Below, piece by piece: positions 63,510 through 64,000 of a stretch of 64,000 nucleotides of DNA; position 1 is the stretch's first letter; each line of letters begins with the position of its first letter. Position numbers and translations under genes: made by a program. The notes beneath the pieces were generated by a model. That model did not search any database. It was not told where the DNA came from and worked only from the letters and a program-made list of their open reading frames with translations. Source of the stretch: Octopus sinensis (lineage: Eukaryota); the NCBI RefSeq assembly GCF_006345805.1, contig NC_042999.1:165044001-165108000 (forward strand), written 5' to 3'.

Positions 63510-64000
63510 TTACGAAAGCATTTCGGATAGTTCTTAATTACCGGTTATTCTTTACTTGGAAGCAGGCAACAACAAATCACCAAAGGTTTCAAGTAGTGCC
63601 TTCTCCTTTGACTCTAAGAGATAATACTCTCCTAAGAATGCGAGCTGTACCCAACAATGCTGTCTTCTGGATCACCTCGAGCCTGACAGCATCTCCAATC
63701 TTCTTAATATGTTTTTCCAAGCCCTTAGAAACTGCTCCTAATGGTCCAATTACCACCGGTATCGCCATTACTTTCCTATCTCGTCCCGCAGTGGCTGGTA
63801 TTTTTCACTCTTTTTTTTGTTTCCTTACGTTTCACCCTCGAATCGCCTGGTATTACAACCTCTTTTATCTTTGCTTCTTCTTCATCTTTATTGAATGATC
63901 ACGATATCTGGCTGTCTCGCCTCTGAATGTTAAAATCTCAGAGTATTTAGTAATGGTCGTTTTCCATTACTCCCTCTGGCTTGTGTTCATACCATTGTTC
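63510..64000 (-). mobile_element. 3' end of an R4/Dong-clade LINE with (TAA)n tail (63400-63510); runs off the window
   Basis: Minus strand: WYEHKPEGVMEND...RQPDIVI...IPVVIGPLGAVSKGL...IQKTALLGTARILRRVLS. Confidence 0.85.

Overview
AT-rich, repeat-saturated eukaryotic DNA. The SINE families and the extreme microsatellite density suggest a coleoid cephalopod such as Octopus; this is an inference, not a database match. No intact host gene is recognisable, and most ORFs in the supplied track are translations of (TACA)n, (TA)n, (CA)n, (TCTA)n or (AAT)n microsatellites. The window holds decayed retroelements: two large Penelope-like elements (PLEs) with YRDD-type RT and C-terminal GIY-YIG, two further PLE fragments, R4/Dong-clade LINEs stacked in (TAA)n, an L1/Tx1-like endonuclease remnant and a Ty3/gypsy pol remnant. 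It also holds DNA-transposon remnants (Buster-type hAT, Tc1/mariner, Helitron/HINE-like) and two tRNA-like SINE families. The main result is non-coding. About 17 type I hammerhead ribozyme (HHR) motifs from four sequence families, plus decayed ones, can be read directly from the sequence; 15 lie between 43.4 and 54.3 kb. Eleven sit in a ~5.1 kb array of ~475-bp units (one inverted unit plus ~9.7 tandem units, 43395-48496) bounded by (TA)n. Two sit in a 504-bp dimer fused to the truncated 3' pLTR of a PLE. The rest are in PLE pseudo-LTRs or a solo fragment. Together they look like a circular-RNA retrozyme system parasitising a PLE reverse transcriptase, with an autonomous partner next door. Ribozyme activity and circular RNA are predicted, not demonstrated.
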